A DNA stretch of 32,000 bases from Synechocystis sp. PCC 6803 substr. PCC-P (GTDB lineage Bacteria; Cyanobacteriota; Cyanobacteriia; Cyanobacteriales; Microcystaceae): contig NC_017039.1 of assembly GCF_000284455.1 (NCBI RefSeq), forward strand, positions 1,860,001 to 1,892,000, written 5' to 3'. Below, piece after piece: positions 7,688-17,126 of this stretch. The notes under the pieces are model-generated. The model was not told the origin of the DNA. It did not search any database and saw only the letters and a program-made list of their open reading frames with translations. Positions within the stretch are counted from its first letter, which is position 1, and the number at the start of each line of letters is the position of its first letter. The translations under genes and the position numbers were made by a program.

Positions 7688-10030
7688 GTGAAAAATTTTC
7701 GGTTTTGGTTAACAACGGAAATAGCGACCTGTTGCTTGTTGGCCCTAGCGCCTGCCCAGGCAGAAACGGTTTCCCAGTCAAATACTTTGGATGGAGATTT
7801 GCGGACGGCGATCGCCGGTGACTCAAGTCGAGATTGGCTACAGTTTGAAAAGAGTTTGGAGCAGTCTCTCAAGCAAAAAGAAGAAATTGATTCTTGGAAA
7901 CCATCATTGGAGTTGATGCAGGCTAAATCCCTTGTCAAACCAGGGCAAAAGTTGACGAATATTGAGTTGCTGGTGCAGGAGTTGGAAGCCTTATCCGACC
8001 CACTGGCATTAAATTTTCCAGAACCGAACCAGACCAGTGTTGCTCAAATGGCTCCCCCCAGCCGCCCTATGCCTCCCCCTCCAGCGGGCAGTGGGCAGGT
8101 CATGTTTCCCAATCCCGAAATAATCATCCAACAGCAGGGTGGTGTGCCCCAACGTGGTGCCAGCCCTCAGGTGGGAAATCCTAGCATTTTATCTCCTGCG
8201 GTACCTGTGGCTCCGGTACGTTCCCGGGCTGTGCCGCCACCAGTGGGGGATTTGGCCATTTCCAACATCAATGCTTCCTTCGACATGATTGATCTTGGCC
8301 AAAGGGGTCAGGTTAACGTACCAAGCTTGGTACTACGGGAGGCCCCAGCAAGGGAAGTTTTGGCTGTGCTAACCCGTTATGCTGGCATGAATCTAATTTT
8401 TACCGATAACCAAAACAATGAAGGCACTCCTACCCCAGGTACACCTCCCGGTGGTCAGGTTGCTCCTCCCCAAGCTCAGTCAACCATTACTCTGGACATT
8501 CAAAATGAAAGTGTTCAGGACGTTTTTAACTACGTTCTGATGGCCTCAGGGCTAAAAGCTAGTCGTCGGGGTAACACAATTTTCGCTGGGGCTAATCTTT
8601 TGCCTTCGGCTCGAAATATTATTACCCGCACTATCCGGTTGAACCAGGCTAGTGCTGAGTCTGTGGCCAGTACTTTGGCTTCTCAGGGTGCGGAAGTTAA
8701 CATCCTATTTGAAGGTCAGGAAGATGTTCAGTTGGCAGAAAATGCGCCGCCAAGGGTAATTAAGCAGCCTCCTACTCTAGTTCCCTTAACTGTTCAAAAA
8801 CCAGCCAACGATTCTTCAGTTTTAATTCTGGAAGGGCTAGTGGTTAGCACTGATCCCCGTTTAAACACTGTAACCCTGGTGGGTGAACCCCGTAATGTGG
8901 AATTGGCTAGTTCCATGATTACTCAAATGGATGCTCGCCGCCGCCAAGTGGCAGTAAACGTCAAAATTATTGACATCAATCTTAATAATATTCAAGATTA
9001 TGACAGCAGTTTTTCCTTTGGCATAGGAGATAGTTTCTTTGTCCAAGACAGTGGTTCTGCGGTCATGCGCTTTGGTGACACGGCTCCAGTTCAGGAAATT
9101 GATATCAACAATAACCTGGGGCGAATCACTAATCCACCTGCCATTGTTAATCCTTTTCAAGACGGAGAGATTTTCTTTGATCTTAATAGAATAACTAACA
9201 TTGAAGTGCCTCTTGGCCCAGGGACCATCCCCATAAATTTCTTCACATCAGGTTCTGGAGCCGTTTCCAACAATCCATTGTTTAATGGAGTTACTGAATT
9301 TCCAATTGTGGAGGTAGATGAACAAGGTCTGTTAACAATCACCCAACCTGAGTTTGGTTTGCCATCTTTTTATCAATATCCTAAAAAGTTTCAGGCACAA
9401 ATTGACGCTCAAATACGTAGTGGGAATGCGAAAATTCTCACCGATCCAACTTTGATTGTTCAAGAAGGCGAGGCTGCTCAAGTTAAGTTAACAGAATCTG
9501 TTATTGCCAGCGTTGATACGCAAGTTGATACCCAGGGAGATACAGCAGTTAGAACTATTACGCCGGTTCTGGAAGATGTTGGATTAACACTAAATGTCAT
9601 AGTTGATCGAATTGATGACAATGGCTTTATTACTTTGCGCGTTAATCCAATCGTTGCATCTCCTGCTGGAACACAAGTATTTGATAGTGGTGCTGGCGCC
9701 ATCAACGAAATAACACTGATAAACAAAAGGGAACTTACTTCCGGTGTAGTTCGGCTGAGGGATGATCAGACATTCATTCTATCTGGCATTATTTCGGAAC
9801 TTCAACGTTCTACCACAAGTAAAGTTCCAATTCTAGGGGATTTACCGGTGATTGGAGCATTGTTTAGGCAGTCCACAGACACAACAGACCGTTCGGAAGT
9901 TATTATTCTCATGACCCCCAAGATCATTCATGATAGTACAGAGGCGCAGTTTGGCTTCCGTTACAATCCTGACGCGGCTACGGCGGAATTCCTGCGGCAG
10001 AAAGGATTTCCCGTTCAGGCTCAGCCATAG
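7688..10030 (+). CDS. pilQ: type IV pilus secretin PilQ
   Basis: C-terminal secretin signature (VPILGDLPVIGALFR, EVIILMTPKII). I favour the GTG 7688 start, 7 nt after GAGGAG (7675-7680). Alternatives are GTG 7673 and the track's TTG 7637. Confidence 0.9.
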   Translation: MKNFRFWLTTEIATCCLLALAPAQAETVSQSNTLDGDLRTAIAGDSSRDWLQFEKSLEQSLKQKEEIDSWKPSLELMQAKSLVKPGQKLTNIELLVQELEALSDPLALNFPEPNQTSVAQMAPPSRPMPPPPAGSGQVMFPNPEIIIQQQGGVPQRGASPQVGNPSILSPAVPVAPVRSRAVPPPVGDLAISNINASFDMIDLGQRGQVNVPSLVLREAPAREVLAVLTRYAGMNLIFTDNQNNEGTPTPGTPPGGQVAPPQAQSTITLDIQNESVQDVFNYVLMASGLKASRRGNTIFAGANLLPSARNIITRTIRLNQASAESVASTLASQGAEVNILFEGQEDVQLAENAPPRVIKQPPTLVPLTVQKPANDSSVLILEGLVVSTDPRLNTVTLVGEPRNVELASSMITQMDARRRQVAVNVKIIDINLNNIQDYDSSFSFGIGDSFFVQDSGSAVMRFGDTAPVQEIDINNNLGRITNPPAIVNPFQDGEIFFDLNRITNIEVPLGPGTIPINFFTSGSGAVSNNPLFNGVTEFPIVEVDEQGLLTITQPEFGLPSFYQYPKKFQAQIDAQIRSGNAKILTDPTLIVQEGEAAQVKLTESVIASVDTQVDTQGDTAVRTITPVLEDVGLTLNVIVDRIDDNGFITLRVNPIVASPAGTQVFDSGAGAINEITLINKRELTSGVVRLRDDQTFILSGIISELQRSTTSKVPILGDLPVIGALFRQSTDTTDRSEVIILMTPKIIHDSTEAQFGFRYNPDAATAEFLRQKGFPVQAQP

Positions 10031-10038
10031 TTAAATTC

Positions 10039-10863
10039 CTAGCGGGAGACTAAAGTGTTGACCAGCCGTTCCAGAATGTTAACTCGATAATAGGGTTCAC
10101 AAATCTGGGATAGCTGGTTTGCTTTTGGTTGATAATTTCTAAACAAGATAATGTTGCCGTAAACGCTTTGAGGGGGGAAAAGTTTATCCAACTCAGATGT
10201 TTGCAATTGGCTTAAATCAAAGGTTATTTCTTGGCAATCTGGAGCAAAATCCAATAAAATTCCGGAGCCGTAGCCAAGAGTTTTTAATGATTTAAGAATG
10301 TTTAATGTATTTTCAAAGAATTCTGGGGCCCAACCCTTTTGGTTTTGACCTCGGTTGACGCCGCCGCCATATTCAAACATCACTACCGCAGGCAGTAAAT
10401 AGGATTCTATATTTTCTAGCTGTTTAATTACAGCCCATTCCCAACCTTCAATATCTAGTTTTAGACAGGTGATTTTGTCAATTTTTTCTTGGTCAATTAA
10501 ACTTTGGAGAGTTAGAGTTTTTACTTTTTTAGCTTGACTAGAAGCTCCAAACCATTGGGGAGAAAGGGAACTGAAATTACTATTGAAAATGCCAGCAAAT
10601 TTGCCTATATATAGGGTTTGTTCTCCGTTCTGATCCGATAAACACACAGGAAGCAAAGTCAAATTAGGTCTTTCTGCTAATTTTTTTAAAGCCTTCACTG
10701 GTAACGGCTCGATCGCCAGACTGGTGAAATTCAACTCAGCAAAAATTTGGCAATAAAAAGCAAAGGTGCCCACCCCCACATCAATGCAAACTCCCTGCCG
10801 CTGGGGATCAACTTCCGGTAAAAGCTGGGCTAGGAGAGCTTGGCAACAGGGTTCAACGCGCAT
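10039..10863 (-). CDS. FkbM-family SAM-dependent methyltransferase (AT-rich copy)
   Basis: 274 aa. SAM motif I is VCIDVGVGTFAFY, with LKLDIEGWEW typical of FkbM-type enzymes. Confidence 0.75.
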   Translation of the reverse strand: MRVEPCCQALLAQLLPEVDPQRQGVCIDVGVGTFAFYCQIFAELNFTSLAIEPLPVKALKKLAERPNLTLLPVCLSDQNGEQTLYIGKFAGIFNSNFSSLSPQWFGASSQAKKVKTLTLQSLIDQEKIDKITCLKLDIEGWEWAVIKQLENIESYLLPAVVMFEYGGGVNRGQNQKGWAPEFFENTLNILKSLKTLGYGSGILLDFAPDCQEITFDLSQLQTSELDKLFPPQSVYGNIILFRNYQPKANQLSQICEPYYRVNILERLVNTLVSR

Positions 10864-10882
10864 AGAAAGGTTTCAAAAATTG

Positions 10883-11617
10883 TTAATCGGGACGCAAGAA
10901 GAGAGCATTGAGATAGCGCACATGGCCATCGGCGGCGACCACTTGATCCAGATTGCCAGCATAGCGCAGTCCGAGATTGTCCAATAGGGGAAAAATATCC
11001 CGGAATTGGCATTGCCCCTTATACAGTCCATCTAAGGAAATTTCCAAAATACAGGCCTTAGCTTGCCTTAGTATTTTTTCTCCGCCTCGAATCACCCGGT
11101 CTTCGTAACCCTGTACGTCGATTTTTACCAGTAATTCCGGCAGTAGCTTTCCTACAAATTGTTCCATTTCCCGGTCAAGGGTTGACTGGTGAACGATAAT
11201 TTTTTCCTGTTCCCGCACCATGGGATATAAGCTTTCGCAAAGTTTCGTCGTTGGTAAGAGGGATGAAGAAGCGGTAAAAAGCACATGGCTATTAATTTCC
11301 AACTCATCCACCCGATCGCCAAGGGCCAAGTTAAAAGTACGAACACGGTTTTGTTGGCGATCGCCCCATTGTTGGAGTTGTTGATAGGGTAGGGGCAAGG
11401 GTTCAAAGGCAAAAATTTGAGCTTGGGGAAAATAGCGGCGCATTTTTTTGGCAAATTGTCCCTTATTAGCGCCAATATCAATAATGGTTTGAATATTTAA
11501 TTGCCTAATTCCCAGAAGTCTGCCATCCCAACTAGGGGTGAGCAAGTTGCCAACAAAGTTAAAAAAATTGTCACTGCAACGGCGGATAAAAGCGTTATTC
11601 AACAGAGCCTGGGCCAT
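10883..11617 (-). CDS. FkbM-family SAM-dependent methyltransferase
   Basis: 244 aa with IIDIGANKGQFAKKM (DIGANxGxF motif) and VKIDVQGYE. Confidence 0.75.
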   Translation of the reverse strand: MAQALLNNAFIRRCSDNFFNFVGNLLTPSWDGRLLGIRQLNIQTIIDIGANKGQFAKKMRRYFPQAQIFAFEPLPLPYQQLQQWGDRQQNRVRTFNLALGDRVDELEINSHVLFTASSSLLPTTKLCESLYPMVREQEKIIVHQSTLDREMEQFVGKLLPELLVKIDVQGYEDRVIRGGEKILRQAKACILEISLDGLYKGQCQFRDIFPLLDNLGLRYAGNLDQVVAADGHVRYLNALFLRPD

Positions 11618-11683
11618 GGGATTATTAAATCTTGATGTTTCCCGTGGGAAAAATTGAAAATTTAGTGGACAAAAATAATATAA

Positions 11684-12676
11684 ATGGCTTGGACATTACT
11701 GCACAGTAAGCTCCATCAAAATTTGCAACGGCGCTTCCCCGAGTTGCAAGGAACTCGAATTTTAGTGGCGGTATCCGGGGGACAAGACTCCCTCTGTTTA
11801 CTGCATCTACTTAATGATTTAACCAAACAATGGCAGTGGCATTTGGCCGTAGCCCACTGTGACCACCGTTGGCCCACCGATGCAGGCATTGCCGACCACG
11901 TACAAGGCCTAGCCCAAGGTTATAAACTACCCTATTTCCAACGGGATGCCCAAGATTTACCCCAAACGGAAGCCGCCGCCCGCCATTGGCGTTACCACGC
12001 CCTCACGGCGATCGCCAAAGCAGAAAATTTTCCGGTGGTTATGACTGGCCATACCCAGAGCGACCGGGCAGAAACTTTATTGTTTAACCTCGTGCGGGGC
12101 AGTGGCAGTGACGGCTTACAAGCGATGAATTGGGTGAGGAATTTGGAAGAGTCCGGCTCAGACAAAAGCCCGATTAGGCTAATCCGTCCCCTCTTGGAAA
12201 TTAGTCGTCAAGAAACTGGAGATTTTTGCCAGCAACAACAATTGTCTGTGTGGGAAGACGTGCTCAACGAAAAGTTGACCTATCGCCGCAACCGCATTCG
12301 AGGAGAATTGATTCCCTACTTAAAGAAACATTTCAATCCCCAGGTGGAAAAAAGTTTAGCTCAAACGGTGGAATTGTTAACAGCAGAAGTGGCTTATTTA
12401 GAGCAAGTTAGTGGAGAAATTTATCAAACCCTAAGCCAAACGGATCAAAAAAGTTTAAACTGTCGTTTACTCAGTCAAAAACCCCTGGCCTTACAACGGC
12501 GTATCATTCGCCAATTTCTACAATCCTGTCAAAGCCAATCTCCCAATTTTGAGGAAATTGAACAGATAGTAGGGTTGATTAATGCCCCCAACCGCTCCCA
12601 AACTTCTTCCCTACCAGGTCAAGGAATAGTTAGGGTGGAAGGGGACTTTTTGCGATACATTTACCAGGGTAAATAG
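11684..12676 (+). CDS. tilS: tRNA(Ile)-lysidine synthetase
   Basis: PP-loop motif VAVSGGQDSLCLLHLL with TGHTQSDRAETLLFNLVRGSG; 330 aa. Confidence 0.9.
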   Translation: MAWTLLHSKLHQNLQRRFPELQGTRILVAVSGGQDSLCLLHLLNDLTKQWQWHLAVAHCDHRWPTDAGIADHVQGLAQGYKLPYFQRDAQDLPQTEAAARHWRYHALTAIAKAENFPVVMTGHTQSDRAETLLFNLVRGSGSDGLQAMNWVRNLEESGSDKSPIRLIRPLLEISRQETGDFCQQQQLSVWEDVLNEKLTYRRNRIRGELIPYLKKHFNPQVEKSLAQTVELLTAEVAYLEQVSGEIYQTLSQTDQKSLNCRLLSQKPLALQRRIIRQFLQSCQSQSPNFEEIEQIVGLINAPNRSQTSSLPGQGIVRVEGDFLRYIYQGK

Positions 12677-12725
12677 TAATCATTTCTCCCCAGCTAAACT
12701 ATGGATAAATTGGCTGAAATTTAGG

Positions 12726-13874
12726 CTAAAAACCCATCGCTTTAGCAACAATTTCCAAATCTGGTTTTAAACCCGCTTTCACTTGATTGCCACTATTTTG
12801 CACAGCACAATCTGGATCTTTCAAGCCGTTGCCGGTCAGCACACAAACCACGGTGGCTCCAGCGGGAACTTGATCTTTTTGCTTCAATAAACCAGCTACG
12901 GAAGCGGCACTGGCGGGCTCACAAAAAACCCCTTCTTCGGCAGCTAGGATACGATAGGCTTCCAAAATTTCGGCATCGGTGACGGGGTGAAATTCCCCAT
13001 TACTTTCCCTAGAAGCGGCCCAGGCCTTATCCCAGTTGGCAGGATTGCCAATACGAATAGCAGTGGCTAGGGTTTCGGGATGGCTAATGGGTTGCCCTTG
13101 GATAAAAGGAGCGGAACCAGCGGCTTGGAAACCCATCATCCTCGGTAGGCGATCGCCTTTGCCCAATTCTTTATACTGACAAAAACCCATCCAGTAGGCG
13201 GTGATATTGCCCGCATTGCCCACGGGGATACAGAGCCAATCGGGGGCCTGGCCGAGGACATCAACAATTTCAAACGCGGCGGTCTTTTGTCCTTCCAAAC
13301 GGTAGGGATTAACGGAATTTACCAAGGTTACGGGGTAATGTTCCGATAACTGCCGCACGGTGGTCAACGCATCGTCAAAGTTACCATCAATGGCAATCAC
13401 TTCCGCACCGTAAATTAAAGCTTGGCCTAATTTTCCCAAAGCGACATAACCATCGGGAATGATCACAAAAGCCCGCAAACCGGCCCGCCGAGCGTAGGCC
13501 GCCGCCGCCGCTGAAGTATTACCTGTGCTGGCACAAATTACCGCTTTGGCCCCTGCTTCCTTGGCTTTGGAAATGGCCATGGTCATGCCCCGGTCCTTGA
13601 AACTACCGGTGGGGTTTAGGCCGTCATATTTAACAAAAACCCTTACGTCCTTGCCAATGCGTTTGGCGATCGCCGGAGCGGGAATCAGGGGAGTATTGCC
13701 TTCTAAAAGGGTGACCACTGGAGTCTGGTCGGATACCGGTAAATAGGGCCGATAGGTTTCAATCAATCCACGCCAACGACAGGCCGAACTCTGGGGACAG
13801 ACGGGGGTAGCACTGGGCAACACTGTCGAATTTGGGGCGGATGGGGTCATGGTGAAAGAATGACAAGAAATCAT
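12726..13874 (-). CDS. thrC: threonine synthase
   Basis: PLP-lysine motif [11 protein letters not shown] and family-wide similarity. The track start at 13883 is TTG, and ATG 13874 (MISCHSF...) is three codons downstream. Confidence 0.9.
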   Translation of the reverse strand: MISCHSFTMTPSAPNSTVLPSATPVCPQSSACRWRGLIETYRPYLPVSDQTPVVTLLEGNTPLIPAPAIAKRIGKDVRVFVKYDGLNPTGSFKDRGMTMAISKAKEAGAKAVICASTGNTSAAAAAYARRAGLRAFVIIPDGYVALGKLGQALIYGAEVIAIDGNFDDALTTVRQLSEHYPVTLVNSVNPYRLEGQKTAAFEIVDVLGQAPDWLCIPVGNAGNITAYWMGFCQYKELGKGDRLPRMMGFQAAGSAPFIQGQPISHPETLATAIRIGNPANWDKAWAASRESNGEFHPVTDAEILEAYRILAAEEGVFCEPASAASVAGLLKQKDQVPAGATVVCVLTGNGLKDPDCAVQNSGNQVKAGLKPDLEIVAKAMGF

Positions 13875-13994
13875 GGGGGGCAATGGCCCGAGGTTCCATT
13901 CTACAAAAGAGCGGGCACCGAAATGTGAATCGTTTCAGAATTGGATTATTGCCCAAACGATTAATAAGCATAGGTTAAACATATAGTTCAGGGC

Positions 13995-14023
13995 TTGGTC
14001 TGTCCTGGTTGGAGTCCTATAAT
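13995..14023 (+). promoter_or_regulatory. candidate ndhCKJ promoter (TTGGTC-N17-TATAAT)
   Basis: TTGGTC at 13995-14000, a 17-nt spacer, and a perfect TATAAT at 14018-14023, about 135 nt upstream of the ndhC start. This is a motif match only. Confidence 0.35.
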
Positions 14024-14156
14024 CAGAAAAATTGGCAGAATGCCCCCAGGCGATCGCCCACAAGTCCGGTAAGCTTGACCCAGGTGTAATCCCTTGGGGT
14101 GCAACACCGCTGGACCCCCCCTGACCACCATTAGCCGTGAGGAGACCATTGGCCCT

Positions 14157-14519
14157 GTGTTTGTTTTAACCGGTTACGAATATTTTCTTGGCTTTCTCTT
14201 TATATGCTCCCTGGTGCCAGTGTTGGCCCTGACCGCATCCAAACTCCTCCGTCCTAGGGATGGTGGCCCAGAACGGCAAACTACCTATGAATCCGGTATG
14301 GAGCCCATTGGCGGAGCTTGGATTCAGTTCAACATCCGCTACTACATGTTTGCTCTGGTGTTTGTGGTCTTTGATGTGGAGACGGTGTTTCTTTATCCCT
14401 GGGCCGTTGCCTTTAATCAATTGGGCCTGTTAGCCTTTGTAGAAGCATTGATCTTCATTGCCATTTTGGTGGTTGCCCTGGTCTACGCTTGGCGCAAAGG
14501 GGCTCTGGAGTGGTCCTAG
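14157..14519 (+). CDS. ndhC: NAD(P)H-quinone oxidoreductase (NDH-1) subunit 3, NdhC
   Basis: GTG 14157 lies 12 nt after GAGGAG (14139-14144) and gives the canonical 120-aa NdhC ([13 protein letters not shown]...[11 protein letters not shown]). The upstream extension in the track is non-homologous. Confidence 0.92.
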   Translation: MFVLTGYEYFLGFLFICSLVPVLALTASKLLRPRDGGPERQTTYESGMEPIGGAWIQFNIRYYMFALVFVVFDVETVFLYPWAVAFNQLGLLAFVEALIFIAILVVALVYAWRKGALEWS

Positions 14520-14590
14520 AAGTTTAGTAATGGCCACCAATCCATTGTCCTTGCCTTGCCTGCCCCCCCTATTGTCTTCTCCTATTTCCC

Positions 14591-15337
14591 ATGAGTCCCA
14601 ACCCTGCTAACCCCACTGACCTGGAACGGGTCGCCACAGCCAAAATTCTCAACCCCGCCAGCCGTAGCCAGGTCACCCAAGACCTTTCGGAAAATGTCAT
14701 TTTAACCACGGTGGATGACCTCTACAATTGGGCCAAACTTTCTAGTCTCTGGCCGTTGTTGTATGGCACTGCTTGTTGCTTCATCGAATTTGCCGCCCTG
14801 ATCGGTTCGCGCTTCGATTTTGACCGATTTGGTTTGGTGCCCCGCTCTAGCCCCCGGCAAGCGGATTTGATTATCACCGCCGGAACCATCACCATGAAAA
14901 TGGCCCCGGCCTTGGTGCGCCTCTACGAAGAAATGCCGGAGCCAAAGTATGTCATTGCCATGGGAGCCTGCACCATCACCGGTGGTATGTTTAGCAGTGA
15001 TTCCACCACAGCGGTAAGGGGGGTAGATAAATTGATTCCGGTGGATGTGTATATTCCCGGTTGCCCTCCCCGCCCCGAAGCCATTTTTGATGCCATTATT
15101 AAACTGCGCAAAAAGGTGGCCAATGAATCTATCCAAGAACGGGCCATTACTCAGCAAACCCATCGCTACTACAGCACTTCCCACCAAATGAAAGTGGTGG
15201 CGCCGATTTTGGACGGCAAGTATTTACAACAGGGTACCCGTTCCGCTCCCCCCCGGGAGTTGCAGGAGGCCATGGGAATGCCTGTACCTCCCGCTTTGAC
15301 CACCTCTCAACAAAAGGAGCAATTAAACCGTGGCTGA
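14591..15337 (+). CDS. ndhK: NDH-1 subunit NdhK (PSST homologue, 4Fe-4S cluster N2)
   Basis: Cys motifs [16 protein letters not shown] and PGCPPRPE; 248 aa. Confidence 0.95.
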   Translation: MSPNPANPTDLERVATAKILNPASRSQVTQDLSENVILTTVDDLYNWAKLSSLWPLLYGTACCFIEFAALIGSRFDFDRFGLVPRSSPRQADLIITAGTITMKMAPALVRLYEEMPEPKYVIAMGACTITGGMFSSDSTTAVRGVDKLIPVDVYIPGCPPRPEAIFDAIIKLRKKVANESIQERAITQQTHRYYSTSHQMKVVAPILDGKYLQQGTRSAPPRELQEAMGMPVPPALTTSQQKEQLNRG

Positions 15338-15869
15338 GGAAGTGAACTCCCCCAATGAAGCTGTTAATCTCCAAGAGGAGACGGCGATCGCCCCTGTGGG
15401 CCCTGTATCCACCTGGCTGACCACCAATGGCTTTGAGCACCAGAGCTTAACGGCGGATCACCTGGGGGTGGAAATGGTGCAAGTGGAAGCGGATTTGCTT
15501 CTGCCCCTCTGTACGGCTTTATATGCCTATGGGTTCAACTATTTACAATGCCAGGGAGCCTACGATGAAGGGCCTGGTAAATCCTTAGTGAGTTTTTACC
15601 ATCTGGTGAAGTTGACCGAGGATACCCGTAACCCGGAAGAGGTCAGACTAAAAGTATTTTTGCCCAGGGAAAATCCGGTGGTGCCCTCTGTGTACTGGAT
15701 TTGGAAAGCGGCAGACTGGCAAGAGCGGGAATGCTACGACATGTTCGGCATTGTCTATGAAGGTCACCCCAATTTGAAACGGATTTTGATGCCGGAGGAT
15801 TGGGTAGGCTGGCCCCTGCGTAAGGATTATATTTCCCCCGATTTTTACGAACTCCAGGATGCCTATTAG
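15330..15869 (+). CDS. ndhJ: NDH-1 subunit NdhJ (30-kDa subunit homologue)
   Basis: 179 aa with [27 protein letters not shown]. The GTG start overlaps the ndhK stop by 8 nt. Confidence 0.95.
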   Translation: MAEEVNSPNEAVNLQEETAIAPVGPVSTWLTTNGFEHQSLTADHLGVEMVQVEADLLLPLCTALYAYGFNYLQCQGAYDEGPGKSLVSFYHLVKLTEDTRNPEEVRLKVFLPRENPVVPSVYWIWKAADWQERECYDMFGIVYEGHPNLKRILMPEDWVGWPLRKDYISPDFYELQDAY

Positions 15870-15921
15870 TCCCGGTCGCCCACGGCAAAATTAAACATCA
15901 AAATTAGTTTTAGCTCCCCCT

Positions 15922-15967
15922 TCCCCCACTGTTGCCAATGGACTGAAAACTTTGGGGGAATATTTTT
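15922..15967 (+). terminator. possible intrinsic terminator after ndhJ
   Basis: A 7-bp stem, TCCCCCA (15922-15928) paired with TGGGGGA (15953-15959), is followed by a TATTTTT run (15961-15967). The loop is large (24 nt), so confidence is moderate. Confidence 0.4.
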
Positions 15968-16141
15968 GTGTTGACTGATTTTCAATCGGTTAAAACAACA
16001 GAAAAAAAGGCTTTGATGGTGGCAAGAACGCTAAGGGAGGTAAGCCTTATGTCGTAGTTGCTTTTCAGGAGCTTGTCTTGGGATTATTGGCAATGGAGGC
16101 CAATACTTCAGAGCGACTTGTGGAAATTAGCTACTAATTTA

Positions 16142-16166
16142 TAGCTAATTTAATTAATTATGAGGC
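16142..16166. repeat. left terminal inverted repeat of the IS
   Basis: TAGCTAATTTAATTAATTATGAGGC compared with the reverse complement of the right end, TAGCTGATCAAGATAATTATGAGAC. Confidence 0.75.
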
Positions 16167-16235
16167 GTCTTACCTGGGTTTTGTGGTAATATATTGGAAG
16201 AATAACACAAGAATCCATAAACAACTAAATCAGTC

Positions 16236-16595
16236 ATGGCTTACGATCTTGATTTACGTATTAAGGTAATAGATTTCATCGAGAGTGGTGGTGGAATCAC
16301 AAAGGCTTCGAAAATATTTAAGGTGGGCAGAGCAACAATTTATCGCTGGTTGGGCAGAGAAGAGCTTGGGGCAACGAAAGTTGAGACCCGCCAGCGTAAG
16401 ATAAACAGAAAAGAATTGGAAGAGGATGTGAAAAATAATCCTGATATGCTTTTAAAAGAAAGAGCTAAAAAATTTGGTGTAACTCCTGCTTCACTCTGTT
16501 ATCAATTCAAAAAAATGAAAGTTACTAAGAAGAAAAACAGTTACTTTATCAAGAGAGAGATGCCCAAAAGCGAGCAGAATATCAGAAAATCTTGA
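16236..16595 (+). CDS. IS630-family transposase, N-terminal HTH part (orfA)
   Basis: Helix-turn-helix region (ITKASKIFKVGRATIYRWL). Stop is TGA at 16593-16595. Confidence 0.8.
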   Translation: MAYDLDLRIKVIDFIESGGGITKASKIFKVGRATIYRWLGREELGATKVETRQRKINRKELEEDVKNNPDMLLKERAKKFGVTPASLCYQFKKMKVTKKKNSYFIKREMPKSEQNIRKS

Positions 16596-17083
16596 GCCAA
16601 TTAGTTTTAATGTACGATACTAAAAGTCCAGTATTTATAGACGAAGCTGGTTTTGAGGAATTTGTATCCTCACTTTATGGATGGTCTAAAAAGGGAGAAA
16701 GAGTATATGGAGAAAATCAGGGAAAAAGAGGGAAAAAAGAAAATCTTGCAGCAGGAAGAAGAAAAACGAAAAAAGACTTAATAGTGCCGATGTTATTCAC
16801 AGGAAGCTTAAATGCAACGGGTTTTGAAGGATGGCTGGAATTCTTTTTAATACCAGCATTAACAGCTACATCAATCTTGATTATGGATAACGCCCCCATT
16901 CATCGAAAAAATAAGATTAGGGAAATAGTGAAATCCGCAGGACACACGGTGTTATTTTTGCCAACTTATTCCCCAGATTTGAATGATATAGAGCATGACT
17001 TTAGTGCATTAAAGAGAGCGAGAATGTACGCACCTTCCGGTACTAGCATAGATAAAGTTATTCAAGATTACTGCATATCTTAA
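16592..17083 (+). CDS. IS630-family transposase, DDE catalytic part (orfB)
   Basis: Catalytic-type motifs are FIDEAGF, IMDNAPIHR and YSPDLNDIEHDF. This frame is already open from 16529 and lies -1 relative to orfA. Confidence 0.8.
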   Translation: MSQLVLMYDTKSPVFIDEAGFEEFVSSLYGWSKKGERVYGENQGKRGKKENLAAGRRKTKKDLIVPMLFTGSLNATGFEGWLEFFLIPALTATSILIMDNAPIHRKNKIREIVKSAGHTVLFLPTYSPDLNDIEHDFSALKRARMYAPSGTSIDKVIQDYCIS

Positions 17084-17084
17084 T

Positions 17085-17109
17085 GTCTCATAATTATCTT
17101 GATCAGCTA
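17085..17109. repeat. right terminal inverted repeat of the IS
   Basis: See the left IR. The 9-bp core AATTATGAG and the terminal TAGCT are conserved. Confidence 0.75.
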
Positions 17110-17126
17110 TACATCTCCTACCCTTG

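Larger units (their letters stand above)
16142..17109 (+). mobile_element. IS630/Tc1-family insertion sequence, 968 bp (resembles the ISY508-type elements of Synechocystis; the name is from memory)
   Basis: Imperfect terminal inverted repeats begin TAGCT at both ends (16142-16166 vs 17085-17109, 19/25 matching). They are flanked by a TA dinucleotide on each side (16140-16141 and 17110-17111), as expected for an IS630 target duplication. Two internal transposase ORFs are present. Confidence 0.85.

Noticed and set aside
8940-10030. A drop in G+C across the 3' third of pilQ, from about 50% to about 40% by hand counts. This could mean a recombined secretin domain.
   Set aside because: The secretin domain is rich in Asn/Ile/Thr/Lys-type codons, which alone can lower G+C. 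Single-line values fluctuate (32-50%). Without GC3 or phylogenetic analysis this is not evidence of mosaicism.
16125-16141. The left flank of the IS (TAGCTACTAATTTA) resembles the IS terminal repeat (TAGCTAATTTAA), hinting at a nested or duplicated end.
   Set aside because: The similarity is short, needs an indel, and lies in AT-rich sequence. It is compatible with chance.
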